DNA of 61,441 nucleotides, filler included, from Bonamia ostreae (Eukaryota): NCBI GenBank assembly GCA_040357525.1. It is 11 parts of 11 records of this genome, joined end to end, with 100 filler letters (N's around TTAATTAATTAA, not from the genome) between each part and the next. Parts side by side here need not be neighbours in the genome. Positions count along the whole stretch, not along the records: positions 22,467 to 27,973 come from JBDODL010000186.1; positions 28,074 to 33,564 come from JBDODL010000187.1; positions 33,665 to 39,153 come from JBDODL010000188.1; 8 more parts are not named here. One strand, 5' to 3'. Shown piece by piece: positions 25,304 to 37,409 of this stretch (position 1 is its first letter; each line of letters starts with the position of its first letter). The notes under the pieces were generated by a model. It saw only the letters and a program-made list of their open reading frames with translations, ran no database searches and was not told where the DNA came from. The position numbers and the translations under genes were made by a program.

Positions 25304-25927
25304 TTAAAAATTATAATTGCAACAACAAAAATTAATTTTAATGAGACTATTTTTCCTGCACTCTTTTTTGAACTTCGACAACAACTCTCTCGAGATGACA
25401 TGAAATAAATAATCAGTGGCCAAATTGAGCGCTGGCGATTTGAATTTGAAGCGGCACTCAAAATTTACCAAACAAAAGTTCTCTTTCGAAACCGGTTCCA
25501 GTTTGAAAATCGTGTCCAAATACTCGATTGTTTCTGTTTCGCGAGCGATCGAAACAATATCTGTAAAAGGTTTCGTGAACACATCCGCTTTGTAATTTTC
25601 TTGTAAGCCTGCTATACCAACGGCCATATCACAAAGATAATGTTCTGAGTTCGTGGGTATTTTTATGAAGGGAGTCCTTTTTATAATCGGGCGCTTTGCG
25701 TTGATCGGGGCTTTTTCGCAAACGGAACGAGACAGCAATGGGAGAAAATGTCGATAGTTACCGACTTTTGAGAATACGGAATAAACTGTTTCTGGGGGTT
25801 GTCTAAAAATGTCACTTTCTTTGTGCAAATAGGATTTTGATTCCGACGAAAGCGATATTTTGCGGTTTAATTTTGATCCTAAAGGTTTACTCAGTTGCTT
25901 TCTCAGGTTTCTATGTTTCCACAGCAT
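25304..25927 (-). CDS. COQ10: Coenzyme Q-binding START domain protein COQ10
   Basis: Presequence-like N-terminus; VYSVFSKVGNYRHFLP...GLQENYKADV...CLVNFECRFKFKS. Confidence 0.8.
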   Translation of the reverse strand: MLWKHRNLRKQLSKPLGSKLNRKISLSSESKSYLHKESDIFRQPPETVYSVFSKVGNYRHFLPLLSRSVCEKAPINAKRPIIKRTPFIKIPTNSEHYLCDMAVGIAGLQENYKADVFTKPFTDIVSIARETETIEYLDTIFKLEPVSKENFCLVNFECRFKFKSPALNLATDYLFHVISRELLSKFKKECRKNSLIKINFCCCNYNF

Positions 25928-26220
25928 TTCCTTTATAGAATTTAGAACCTTTGATATATTATCTAAATAGTTTTTAGGAATTTTGTATACAATAAATAAT
26001 CTAATTTGTTAAATGTTTTTGATATATTATCCTTTTTGATAAATGTTTCCTTTTTGTGGCTATCGAAGGCTGTAATTTTGTTTTTAAGTCAATAAAGATA
26101 TTATCTTTGAACTCCTTTTTATTTCCGCTTATTTCGCGGAAAAGTGTATCCGTTTTCGAAGATTTGTCGTTTTAGAAGATATAGTGAAAATTACAAAAAT
26201 GTTCAAATTTCTTAAAACAG

Positions 26221-26922
26221 TCAAGGAATGACCAATCTAAAATCATCCGGAACATCGCTATCCTCGACGTCGGCAAAATAAGCCCTTCTCAAATAGCACG
26301 AAGAACATATTCTTAACCGAACTGCTTCTTTAAAATTGGTGCCGTAAGCTCTTTTCGTAAAACTGGCCAAATTTATCCGAAGTGAGTTCCAGTCTTCTTC
26401 TAAGCGTAGAGGCATCGTGCAAATCTTCGCTTTAACTCTTGTTTTTACCTTCCGATTATTTTGAAAATGCAAATTTGATTTTTTTAAACTGTTTTTATTG
26501 CTAAAATAATTTAACAAATCAAATGTTGAAACTTGATAATTTGATGCTCTGAAGATTCGGTTGATATTCTTGTCGTCATTAATTTCCACTTCGAAAGAGA
26601 AGAAACGGCCGATCTGAAAATGAAAAAATTACGTTCTTCAGAATTAATACAAGAATCGGTAACTTGATTCCTAACGTTCTGCTGTTATCCGAAGGAAGCG
26701 AAATAAAGTTTTTGTGGGGATTTTGTCCTTCTATCTTCAAAACTGTTGATTTGAGTGCAATCTCTTCTATCATTTCAGTGTTTTCGTCGAGTTCCTTTTC
26801 GACCCTCCAAAGCTGCAACGGACTATCACTTTTTTATATTTATTTGCAGTCCGATTATATGAATTAAACCTGAGACTGTAGAAAACGGATAAAAAACCAG
26901 ATTGGAATGTATTCTTGAACAT
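26221..26922 (-). CDS. CFAP20: Cilia- and flagella-associated protein 20 (BUG22)
   Basis: MFKNTFQSGFLSVFYSL; TLGIKLPILVLILKN; FRASNYQ-VKTRVK; CTMPLRLEEDWN; TKRAYGTNF; three introns including a 19-nt one at 26614-26632. Confidence 0.95.
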
Positions 26923-27043
26923 TCTAAAGTATTAAGATTGCAAAGAAGCGAAGATATTGCTAAAGTATAAAGAATTGCAATAACAAATTACCATATAAAG
27001 AAGTTTCTAAAATTTAACCGAACATTTAGCTTAACCCTACGCC

Positions 27044-27970
27044 ATGGTTTTCATCTTAACCGTAAACAGGGAGGATGCAAAAAACACCTCAAAAGGATCA
27101 ATGCGCCTAAAAGTTGGATGCTGGACAAACTAGGCGGAATTTGGGTTTTGCAAAACTCACTTTAAGGCGCCGAAATCGTCGCCAGGGCCTCACAAATTGC
27201 GCGAGAGCATTCCTCTTTGCGTCGTCTTATCCAAAAAGCTAAAATATTCCACGACGGACCACGAAAGCAAAATAATCGTCAAAGGCGGATTCATCAAAGT
27301 TTCGATTTTGCAAGCATTCCAGATTGATAGAAAAGTCCGCTCCGACAAGACTTTCCCTCTGGGAATGATGGATGTTGTCTCTATCGACTCAGTCGGAAAA
27401 CATTTCCGCGTTCTCTACGACGCGAAGGGGCGCTTCATTCTTCTCCCGATCGACCAAAAAAGCTCAAAAGTACTTTCTTTCACACGCTATAAAAACTAGT
27501 TTAAACTTTGCCGCGTCAAAAGAGTGTCGAAGTCAAGGTCGACCGCTCTCTCAAGACGCATCCTCGGCGCGCACAAATCCAAAAACATCCCTTATCTAGT
27601 CACGAACGACTCCCGGACGATAAGGTATCCCAACCCGGAGATAAAGAAGAACGACACGATCAAACTAAATCTCGAAACAAACCAAATCGAAATGTTCGTA
27701 AAATTCAACGTCGGAAACAAAGCTTTGATCACCGGCGGAAACAATGTCGGACGAATCGGCGTGATCAGCAAAATAGAGCGTCATTTGGACAGCTCTGACA
27801 TCATTCAGTTGGTCGACCGTAAAGGCGAGACCTTTGCGACTCGGTTGGACAACGTGTTCGTGATCGGAGAAGGCACCAAATCATTGATATCGTTGCCGAA
27901 GAGACATGGCGTCCGCTTGTCCAACATCGAAGAAAGAGAGTTGAGAGAAAAGAGGAAAGCAACTGAGTAA
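27044..27970 (+). CDS. RPS4: 40S ribosomal protein S4 (eS4)
   Basis: [75 protein letters not shown]; introns 27047-27069, 27145-27166, 27299-27322, 27470-27499. Confidence 0.97.
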
Positions 27971-28092
27971 TTGNNNNNNNNNNNNNNNNNNNNNNNNNNN
28001 NNNNNNNNNNNNNNNNNTTAATTAATTAANNNNNNNNNNNNNNNNNNNNNNNNNNNNNNNNNNNNNNNNNNNNTTGCTTTTTTTAATCTATT

Positions 28093-28168
28093 GGCGTGAT
28101 AACTCAGTGGTTCGAACTAAATGCGATCATTTGTCCATCCTCGGGTGGTTCAAATATCGATCATTTGT
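28093..28168 (+). pseudogene. tRNA-derived element related to 8601-8691
   Basis: GGCGTGATAACTCAGTGGTTCGAA...GGTGGTTCAAAT...TCATGTT; internal duplication of gatcatttgt. Confidence 0.45.
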
Positions 28169-28253
28169 GCGATCATGTTGTCGTTTCGAAACATAATTAA
28201 AATTAAACTGAATTTCAATTAATTCAAAGATTTTGTTTATTGCAAAAAATTTA

Positions 28254-29592
28254 TTATTCTGAATAATTCGTCAGAAGAGCGTAATTCTCTTCCAATTCTT
28301 CGTAACCACTCATTTTCTTCCCACTCAACTCGCTGTTGTTGCTTTGGTCACTATCTACCAGCATTTTCACTCCCATTTGTTGCCGAAGAACTTCATAGCG
28401 GTTGGTAAAAAGGTTCTGCCAAATATTCTTCGTCTCTTCATCGTCAAATCTGAGCGAATAACTGAATTGGGCGATTTCCTCCAGACATTTCGACGTTATT
28501 TTGAACTGTTTTTGCTTATCAAAACGTTTTTTGTTACCGCGAATAGTCAGTCCAAACATCTTTTTCTCTTCCTTCAATTTTCTAAAAAACTTTGAGATAG
28601 CGCACATCAACCAACAGAGAATTCGACAAGATCGCACAGTCGATCTGAAATGGCAGTTCACCGGAAACCTCGTCTTCACTGTGGCTGTAAAAGAAACGCG
28701 CTATTTCAAAATCCTAATTTTTTAACGTTTGAACTGATTTCGAAGGAAAAAGGAGTACCGCGTCGCAGGTCGCGCAGACGTACTTTTTACTAAAATCCAC
28801 TCGTTTTTTGTTCGTCAAAAATTTGCCGCTCAAAACTTCTGCGGATTTTAAGATTGGGCGTTTGAACCACTTTGAAAAAAAATTGTGGTTTGGTAAATGC
28901 TCTTCCTTGCGAAATAATTCTTTTTCTGCCCAATCTGTTGACTTGATAAATTGAAATAAATTAATGGGACTTATCTGAAATTTTGTTGGTCATAAAAAAT
29001 TTGCAAAAAAAAAGCTTTCGGACGATCAAAATAAAAAAGGAACTTTTGGGATTATCGGTACTTTGCAAAAAGATTTCTCCGAAACAGCTTTTTCAAGAAT
29101 GTCCACGAAAAGATCGCGTCGTTTTGGATAAGTTTCAACCCAAAAGTGGATATTCCCAACAAGCGAAATAATGAGAGAATCGGTTTCCGCTCTGTTCGGA
29201 TCTGTTATTTTGTTTTTGTCTCTTTAATGCGAATAAAAAACTTGTAAAGTGGGCACAATCTGGCAATGTCGTCAAAGACGACTTTATAGAAGCCGTCGAT
29301 ATTGAATCTCAAAACACTTTTGTATCTATTTGAACGAGTGAAACATTAAAATGACGATTAAAAACTTGGTGCATTGCTCAAAGACCCAAAGAACTTTGTT
29401 TGTGATCAAAACCGTTTTATCCGCGAAAGTGTTTATATTGCTTTTAAAATCCGAAAAGACTTTAATGGAAAGAATGTCGGAAAACAGGATTTGTTCGTTT
29501 TTTTCTTTGAAATCAAAATGTAATTGGAAACTGTTCAGAACGTTGCGCAAGCCCAAGTTCCTTTCCGCATTTAAAAAATCGCTGGAAGACAT
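28254..29592 (-). CDS. Hypothetical protein with a possible PH-like domain
   Basis: Spliced reading gives SGKFLTNKKRVDFSKKYVCATCDAVLLF...FGLTIRG...FKITSKCLEEIAQFSYSL, a beta-rich segment ending in a helix. Confidence 0.4.
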
Positions 29593-30068
29593 TTGAGTTT
29601 TTTTTACCGGTTTTCAATGTAAAATTTTTTCATTGGTTTATTTTCTAATAATCTTTCTAATATAAACACTTTTCAATTTTTTATTAACAAATCGTTAAAT
29701 TGACATTGCGATTATTATTCAAAATTGCGATTATTAATCACGCAAAAATTCTCGATAAAAATGATTGTATTTAAATACAATATCGAGTTGCATTTTGGAA
29801 ATAAAAACGAATTAGTTCAATCAAAAAATGTCCAAGTTTTTAGGGGCAACATTTATCAGATAAACCTACTTCTCCCGTCTTGTCATCAATTTTATAATAA
29901 AATTTGGTATGACAATGTTTCCATTGCTTTTAATAATAAAAAGATCTCATTCTAAATAAGCAGTTCTGCACAAAATGCAGTGCTTTGTTAAGCAAAGTTT
30001 GGTCATACTGGCAATTTTAGCCATTTCCGCGTCAAAATTAAAAAAAATCAGTAAAAAACAAAAATTTA

Positions 30069-30350
30069 TCAGGAGGAAATCTCGTTGTTGTTACAATCAA
30101 TAATACTGTTGAACTCCTTCATTACAATATTCTCAAAATTCATTTGGCACTTATTAGAACATAACGATTTTTTGAGTAAATGAATTTGGATTGTTAAAGA
30201 ATTGTAAAGAGATTCGAGTTGGTGACATTCTTGTTGCATGGCGGTTTCTCTCTGTTTCGCTCGAAGACGCGATTTTTTTGCTGCTTCTCTGTTTTTCATT
30301 TTTCGAAGATTCACATATTCCTCTGTTCGTTCTATTCGCTTTCGACCCAT
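30069..30350 (-). CDS. bZIP transcription factor (upstream exons possible)
   Basis: RKMKNREAAKKSRLRAKQR basic region followed by a leucine heptad. Confidence 0.85.
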   Translation of the reverse strand: MGRKRIERTEEYVNLRKMKNREAAKKSRLRAKQRETAMQQECHQLESLYNSLTIQIHLLKKSLCSNKCQMNFENIVMKEFNSIIDCNNNEISS

Positions 30351-30864
30351 TCGATGTAACTTTAAGCTTTAAAAATTACGTGTGTTGTTGATTTAATGTA
30401 CTTTTTTCTGTTAAAAATTGTGTGAAGAAAAGAAAACGAAGTGGTCTTACAATATTAGATTTTTATTTATGCTTTTTTAATGTTTTAAATGTTGCTGACA
30501 TTATTTCACCTTTGGTCATTGTAGTAAAAGTCTTATTTTTTGTTGTAGTAAAAGTAAGTTGTTGGTTAGCTACTTTCGTTAGTCTTAAGTTAATATTTAA
30601 ACTTTTAAATTTTTTCATTTTTGGAATTGGGATGATCATCCCTTTATTCAGGTTTTCAGCAAATCGATATTGAAGAGCAGATTGTTAGATATGCTTGTTA
30701 ATAAATTCATCGTTGCGATGCCTCCAAATTTAAGCGTAAAAGGATGGATTCCATCCAAGCCTGCGACTTTTCAGAGGTTTATATTTTTTACAACTGTTGT
30801 AACTTCTGATATCCGTAAAGAATTGTATAAACAGTAATTTAAAAAGGAAAAGAATAGAGCCATA

Positions 30865-32727
30865 TTACGATTTATTTTGAATTTTGTTCAAAAGCAATTG
30901 TGCTTTTTGTGATAAATGTTGACCCGCCTCGGCTATTTTATAGAAAGCTTCTGCTTGTTGATCTTTGACATAACGATGAATCACCTCTTCTTGTCTGTCA
31001 ACTTTCGCTTCGATCTCTCCATTCGATATGTAAACAAAAAAGTCCCTTTTTTAATGTTTTTTTAACTTGTTTTGCAATTAAAATCGCTTTTCGAAAAAAT
31101 TAAAATCGCTTTTTTGTAAAATTGCAATATCGATTTTTGTAAATAATAAAGTCACTTTTTGTAAATATTGCAATTAAAATCGCTTTTTTGAAAAATGAAA
31201 TTAAAATTCTTTTCGAAAAAATTCAAAAATTGCAATTAAAATTGCTTTTTGTAAAATTGACATCAAGACAAAAACTTGTAAATTTGTTCAACCGAAACAT
31301 TGAAAGATTCGGCAATAGATGAAACAGTAACACTTACGTAGCTCTCAAGAAACTGACCATAAATCACTCTTTTGGCAGAATTTTCAAACGATTCAAAATG
31401 TCTCCTCAAAAATCGATTCGTTTCGAAAATCGGTTTCAATTTTCCTAAATTCGCAATAATCAGTTTAAAAATCCAATTTGCGAAATTTTACAAAAAAATT
31501 TTAATTACTGAAACCTAACGCAGTGTAAAAATCGCTGTACTTTAACTCGTAAACTGATTTTAACAGCAAATCGAGAGACGGAAGATCAGCCAATCCAGAA
31601 ACGACTTCCGGAGAATCGATGATTTGGCTTTTAAGAGACAGCCGATCTAAAGATATAAACGAAAAGGCGCTCGCCATTAAAATAATATCCGAAAACGGCA
31701 AAATGTCTTCAGAAGCGAAAGTAGACAAAGAAGACACAAAAAGTTTTGCGGCTTTTCTAAATTCACCTTTTTCGGAGTAATTTAAAGCTTTATATACTTT
31801 TAACTGGTTTCTTTTTTCCCAATCAATCGATTCTTTTTCCAATCTTTTTTTTTCAGTTAAATAATGATTGAAAAGCGAGAAAAATGAAATAATTTTAAAA
31901 AATTTTGAAAAACTAAAAATTGCGAATTGGAAATAATTTTAAAAAAATTTGAAAAACTGAAAATTGCGAATTGGAAATTTAAAAAATTTTGAAAAACTAA
32001 AAATTGCGAATTGGAAATAATTTTAAAAAATTTTGAAAATTTTAAAAAAATTAAAAGAAAACGGAACAGCGATTTGGACATATTCGTCAAAAGCGACAAA
32101 ATCATCATAGAAAATGAAGACTTTTAAAATTTCGAAAATGACTTCCAAGCGAATATTTGCGTTTGGACTCATTTCCATTTCGTTTTTTAAAATTTGCTCC
32201 GCTTTTGACTAAATTTTAAAATTTTACTTTTTCGCCGTAAAAAGCGATCATTTTTGCTTTTTTGAGCAAAATGTTTCTTTTTTGGTAAACGTCGAGCGAA
32301 TCTTTTTCCTTTTTAAGTAAATCTTCGATTTGTTGAACTTCTTTTTCGTGTTTCTGTTTAAGTAAATCGATCGTTGTTGGAGGAATTGTAAAAAGGGATT
32401 TTAGTTTTTTATTGTAATATTCAATTGCGTCTTTCGATTTTGAAATTTTTAGATTAAAATCGAAAATTGCGAAAATTGAATATTTTTGATTAAAATTGGG
32501 AAAATTGAATATTTTTGATTAAAATTGGTAAAATTGAAATTTGGAAAAAATGAAATTTTAATAAAACTTTCTTGGACAACAATTTGTTCAATTTGCTTTA
32601 ATTTTTGAGGATCTTTAGAAATCGATTGTTCGACGACTAAAGAAGACAATTTTCTCATCGATAAATCGATGCCATTGCAGAACTCATTTATTTCTTCTGA
32701 AAACGTTTTTGTTTTAGATCTGTCCAT
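30865..32727 (-). CDS. PSMD6: 26S proteasome regulatory subunit RPN7
   Basis: IDWEKRNQLKVYKAL, FRKAAKLFVSSLSTF, LDRLSLKSQIIDSPEV, YGQFLESYVSVTV, IEAKVDR; several repeat-filled introns. Confidence 0.9.
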
Positions 32728-32853
32728 TTTATTCGTAAACTTAAAATTATATATTAAATTATAATAAAATTTAAGCTTTTTTATTATATATATAAAAGTT
32801 ATTAAATAAACAAGTTGCTATTATATAACAAACGATTATTAAAATTAAACAAA

Positions 32854-33564
32854 ATGGGAAACGACGGAGGAACTATTGTGGGAAGAATGTGTGTTAAAAT
32901 AAAAAAGCCTAAAAAATCACCGAAAAACGTCTCTTTCGGCGAAACCGAACTTGACAAATGGCGGCATTGCTCTTTGTCTCAAGAACCACTCAAAAACCCA
33001 ATTGTCATAGACCGTCTCGGCTTTTTGATTAACAAAGAAGCTTTAATTAAACATTTATTGCAAAAAAGTTTGCATGAAAAATTTTCGCACATTCGATCTT
33101 TGAAGGATGTCTATCCGGCCAAAATAACCTTCTCAAAAAAGTCGATTTCCAGCGGAAGTGAAATTAAAGCTTTTTATTGTCCGATTTCGGACATTATGGC
33201 GAATGGAAAACAAAATTTTATCGTAGTTAAGCCTTGTGCCCATGTTTTCTCCGAAAAAGCTTTAAAAGAGGTTAAATGGCAAATCTAAAATTTAAATTTG
33301 AAAATAGACTAAAATTGCTAATTCGAAAGATGAAACCGAAAACTTGTCCAATTTGCGAAACAGTTTTAGAAAATAAAACAAAATGGCTGAAAATCAACCC
33401 GACAGAACAAGAAAGAGACAAAATAAGAAAAAATTTTACGGAAAATGACTTCGAGTTCAAAAAAGCAAAAAGGAAAAGAAAAAAGTTTGTGAAAAAAGTC
33501 CAAATAAAGGAATCGCTAAAAACTGCAATTTTTTGTGATAACAATTTGCAAAGAATTAATGGCC
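32854..33564 (+). CDS. RTF2: Replication termination factor 2, possibly 3' truncated
   Basis: MGNDGGTI; WRHCSLSQEPL..PIVIDRLGFLINKE; HIRSLKDV; FYCPIS; PCAHVFSEKAL; CPIC. Confidence 0.93.
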
Positions 33565-34043
33565 NNNNNNNNNNNNNNNNNNNNNNNNNNNNNNNNNNNN
33601 NNNNNNNNTTAATTAATTAANNNNNNNNNNNNNNNNNNNNNNNNNNNNNNNNNNNNNNNNNNNNAAAGTCAAGTCTTTCGTTCTTATAATCTCCAAAAGG
33701 AAAATTACAAATAAAAGGAGGTCTCATAAATAAATTAAAACTTAATATAGTGACTTTACGAGCCATTTAAACTTATTTCAAATTATCGTAATTTATTAGT
33801 TGATTTTCATATTGTCAATTCAACTATAAAGCTCAAATCTTTTTTGAATATATTGATATTTTGAATATATTTTGATATTTTGAATAAACATTATTATCGA
33901 GACATCCCAGAATGTCAAAAATTTTTAATACATTTTCTATAACGTTTTGATATTTTGATAATATTTTGAATTAAGGTTTTAGCATATAATAAAAATACCC
34001 GAAAAAAGCTTTTTACTGAATGTCAATTAAAAACAATAAAAAT

Positions 34044-34551
34044 TTAATGTCGAGGAGGTTTATACCCATCAACGGACATGTTTCGAGTGGCCGAAGGAAT
34101 TTTGACTAGAACGTTTTTCATTTCTTTGTCTATTATTACTTGGCAACCAAGTCGCGACCTTTTCAAAAAATCCAAGTCTTAAATTATTGTCGAAAAAATA
34201 TTGTTTTGCAAAACAATTCTGCAATTAGAGATGAAACGTTTCAGTGAGTCCGAAAGCGCAATCTAGAAGATCGTCTTCTTTGTCAGAAGCCGCCGGCAAA
34301 GATTCAAAGGTGTTTTCGTCTAAAATGACATGACAGGTCGAACACGCAAGCGATCCTTCACACGCGCACTCAAGTTCAATATTGTTTTTGATTGCGTTGT
34401 CTAATAACGTATCCCCGATTTTGGCTTTTGTCACTGTTTCGATTCCATCAGAATCGACCCATTTTATCGAAACAAAATAACGTGTCGTCTTCTTAAAAAA
34501 ATTTTGACTAAAATTATTGCAGATTCGATTTAAAGATCGATGGTAAAGCAT
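34044..34551 (-). CDS. FDX: Mitochondrial 2Fe-2S ferredoxin (adrenodoxin/Yah1 type)
   Basis: CACEGSLACSTCHV; EDDLLD.AFGLTET-SRLGCQ; PSATRNMSVDGYKP; presequence. Confidence 0.95.
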
Positions 34552-34815
34552 TTTAGCGTTCCAATAATTATAGTAATTAGACTAAAAAGCTTTTGTAATA
34601 TATGAATTTCATATAATTTGTACTTAGCGTTTTCTAAATTAATTTATTGAAACTCTTTATAGTAATTTTAGCTTTTTGTGAGTTGAATGTGGGGTTGTCG
34701 TAATTTAACATTAATGAGACATCAATAGAATTTTAGTAACTAATCAAAATTTTTGATTTACAAAAATTTACAAATCTTTCAACGCATTTATTGGAATTTC
34801 CAGAAATCTCAATTA

Positions 34816-37240
34816 TCAAACTCTTTTCATAAAAACATAATTGATCGTTTCGTTTAACGAATATTGTTTAGTTTGCTCAGTTTTTAAAAATCTTTAAATT
34901 TGCAATTTTTCATTAAATTTCACAAATTTGGAAGAAAACTTATATTGCTCCATAAGCTCGAAATTAAATTTTCCAGCAGAAACCAGATAAAATCCATTTT
35001 GTCCTTTAGCTTTTGATAAGCCGCAATTTTCGGATTCCTTTTCGAACAATGTCAGCCAAACTTTTCCTTTGCTGCTTAACATCCTAAAATTTATAGTTTG
35101 GTAAAATTTGTATACGAACCAGTTAAAATTGCGAAAAGCTTCATCAATCGATTTTTCTTTAAAGTTTTTATCCAAATCGTCAAAATCGGGCAAATTCCAA
35201 ATAATGTGGTCAAACTTGATATTTCTAAACATTAATGTTTTCAACTTTGTAATTCTGGACCAATTCATTTTTTCTTCCCCAAAATCATAAATAATTTCGC
35301 AATTGTCACAATGACAGTCAATCATTTCTATATTCACTGCAGAATTTTCGTATCTTTATTTTTGAAAATTTAACATTTCAAAACTTGTTTAATGTTTCAG
35401 TTTTGCTATATTTGGCCAATACTATTATTCTCAATCCACCCAAAGTAATATTTTTCACTTTAAATTGCAATGCTTTCAACAATTCAGATGCTTCAAATAT
35501 TGATATAACGAAAATTTTTGGCGATTAAAAAAATTGAAAACTAAAAAATAAATTGTTTTCTCCAAAAATGACAATATTTCCATTATTTTTAATCAATTTT
35601 ACCAATTCGTCGAACAAACACAAATGTTCGATTTTTTGCTCATTTTTGTCAATTTTGTTGTCAATTATTTTGTTATCGATTTTTTTGACGTCGTTTTTGC
35701 CAAATTTTTTATAAAAGTTGTTGCGGAAATTTGGATTTTCATCCAAATTATTGTAATTTTGAGTCGGTTGCGTGATTATTGGCTGATAATATTCGGTTCC
35801 ATTTAGTAGCGGTGTTTGTATTATTGGTTGCAATATTGGTTGTTGTAACAATGGCGGCTGTAATAAAGGTTGATTAAGTACGGGTTGTTGTATATATTGT
35901 ACAAATTGAGACTGGTTTTGAGGACTAGCAAATTGTGGATAGATTAAAGAATTTGTGTCGAATTGGCCAAAATTTGTATTAAATTGGCTAAAATTAGGAA
36001 TATTTTTATCGGCTGGAAAGTTTGAAATTTCTGTCGTTTTTGGAATTTGCGGAGTTCTTCGAAGTTCTGTAATTTTTAGTATTGTTTGATATCAAAATTT
36101 AATTACAAAAATTTAAAATTGTTTTTTAAAAGCTTTTTAAATCCGACAGCTCTTTAATTTTAATTTTTATTGTAAATTGCGATTTTTGTAAAATCGATTC
36201 CAAGTCTTCGTAACTTTCGCAATTTGAAATTGCGGAAACTACTTTTCTCACATCTTTTTCCAATTCATTTTCTTTGAGATTCGTTTTTTCCTTTTTATCA
36301 TTCTTTTGACTAAATTTCGAATTATTGTTCTTTTTAGTTTCCAAACTTTCGTCATATTTGTTATTCAAATTTTCTTGTTTAACCAAATTTTCTTGTTTAA
36401 CCAAATTTTCTTGTTTACCCAAATTTTCTCGTTTGGAATACTTTTCTTTTAAATACTTTTCTTTTTCGCCTAAATTTGTACTTTTCTTTTTCTCAATTTC
36501 GGTTGAAATACTTTTCAAGATTTCCTTGTTTAGCGTCCATTTCTATTTATTGCAAATATAAAAACAGGTCTGCACCCGAGCTTAAAAAGTTCCAAATAAA
36601 CTCTTAGAAAAAGTTTTTCTTCCTCAAAATATTCGTTTAAAATGTCTTGTTTTTCAGTCAAAAGCCATTTTCCAGTTCGTTTTTCGTCCTCGATTTTCTC
36701 TGCGATTTTTAAAAAATCGGTTCCGAAAGAAGAAATCCAATTAGAAAGGGAAGAATGGGCCCAGTTTTGTGGATTCTTTTTAAAGATAAAAATTGAAACG
36801 CAAATCCATTCGATCGCCGATACTATCGCGTTTCGGTTGGAAATTTCTGGCACTATTTCTTCGAAAAAGTAAGCATCTTTGTTGTCGAAAAAGATTATCC
36901 TCGCGGCTGTAAACCCCTTTTCTTTCAAGTTCCATACGGCGTGCCAACTCTTTGAACCCAAAGTGTACAAAAATTCGCTCGTTTCAAATGCGTCCCAGAG
37001 AAGAGGATTTTTCTTCAGCAATCGGTTAATGCAATCGACTGCTTTTGAAATGGATTTTTGTTGAGTTTTCGGGAAAGAGTGCTTTTCGAAAGTTGCCGTC
37101 CTTTTTTCGGCTTCAAAGAGGTCATCCGCTGAAATCGCGCCTGAATCGAAAAGCGCTTTATATTTCTCGTACTGCTTCCCGATTGATGTAAGCCAGACAG
37201 AAAGTCTGTCGCCCTGGCTAAAAAAGCTATAACTTTTCAT
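34816..37240 (-). CDS. SAM-like repeats + Q/P-rich linker + BMT5/DUF2431-like Rossmann methyltransferase domain
   Basis: N-terminal W...(L/T)S.(W/F)L..(I/L)G....Y repeats; C-terminal IVIFGENNLFF...KYENSAVNI...FDHIIWNLP...GKVWLTL; exons join through GT-AG introns. Confidence 0.6.
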
Positions 37241-37409
37241 CTATATCGAAAGACACTATAAAGCGGAATCTAGATATAAATGAAGTTTATTATTTGTAAT
37301 CAAACTGAAAGCAAACACTGTTACTGAATTTAATTTAAAAGTAAAAATTAGCGATAAAGATTATTATTACAGTGAATTTAATATCCGATAAAAGTAAAAG
37401 CTGTTATGT

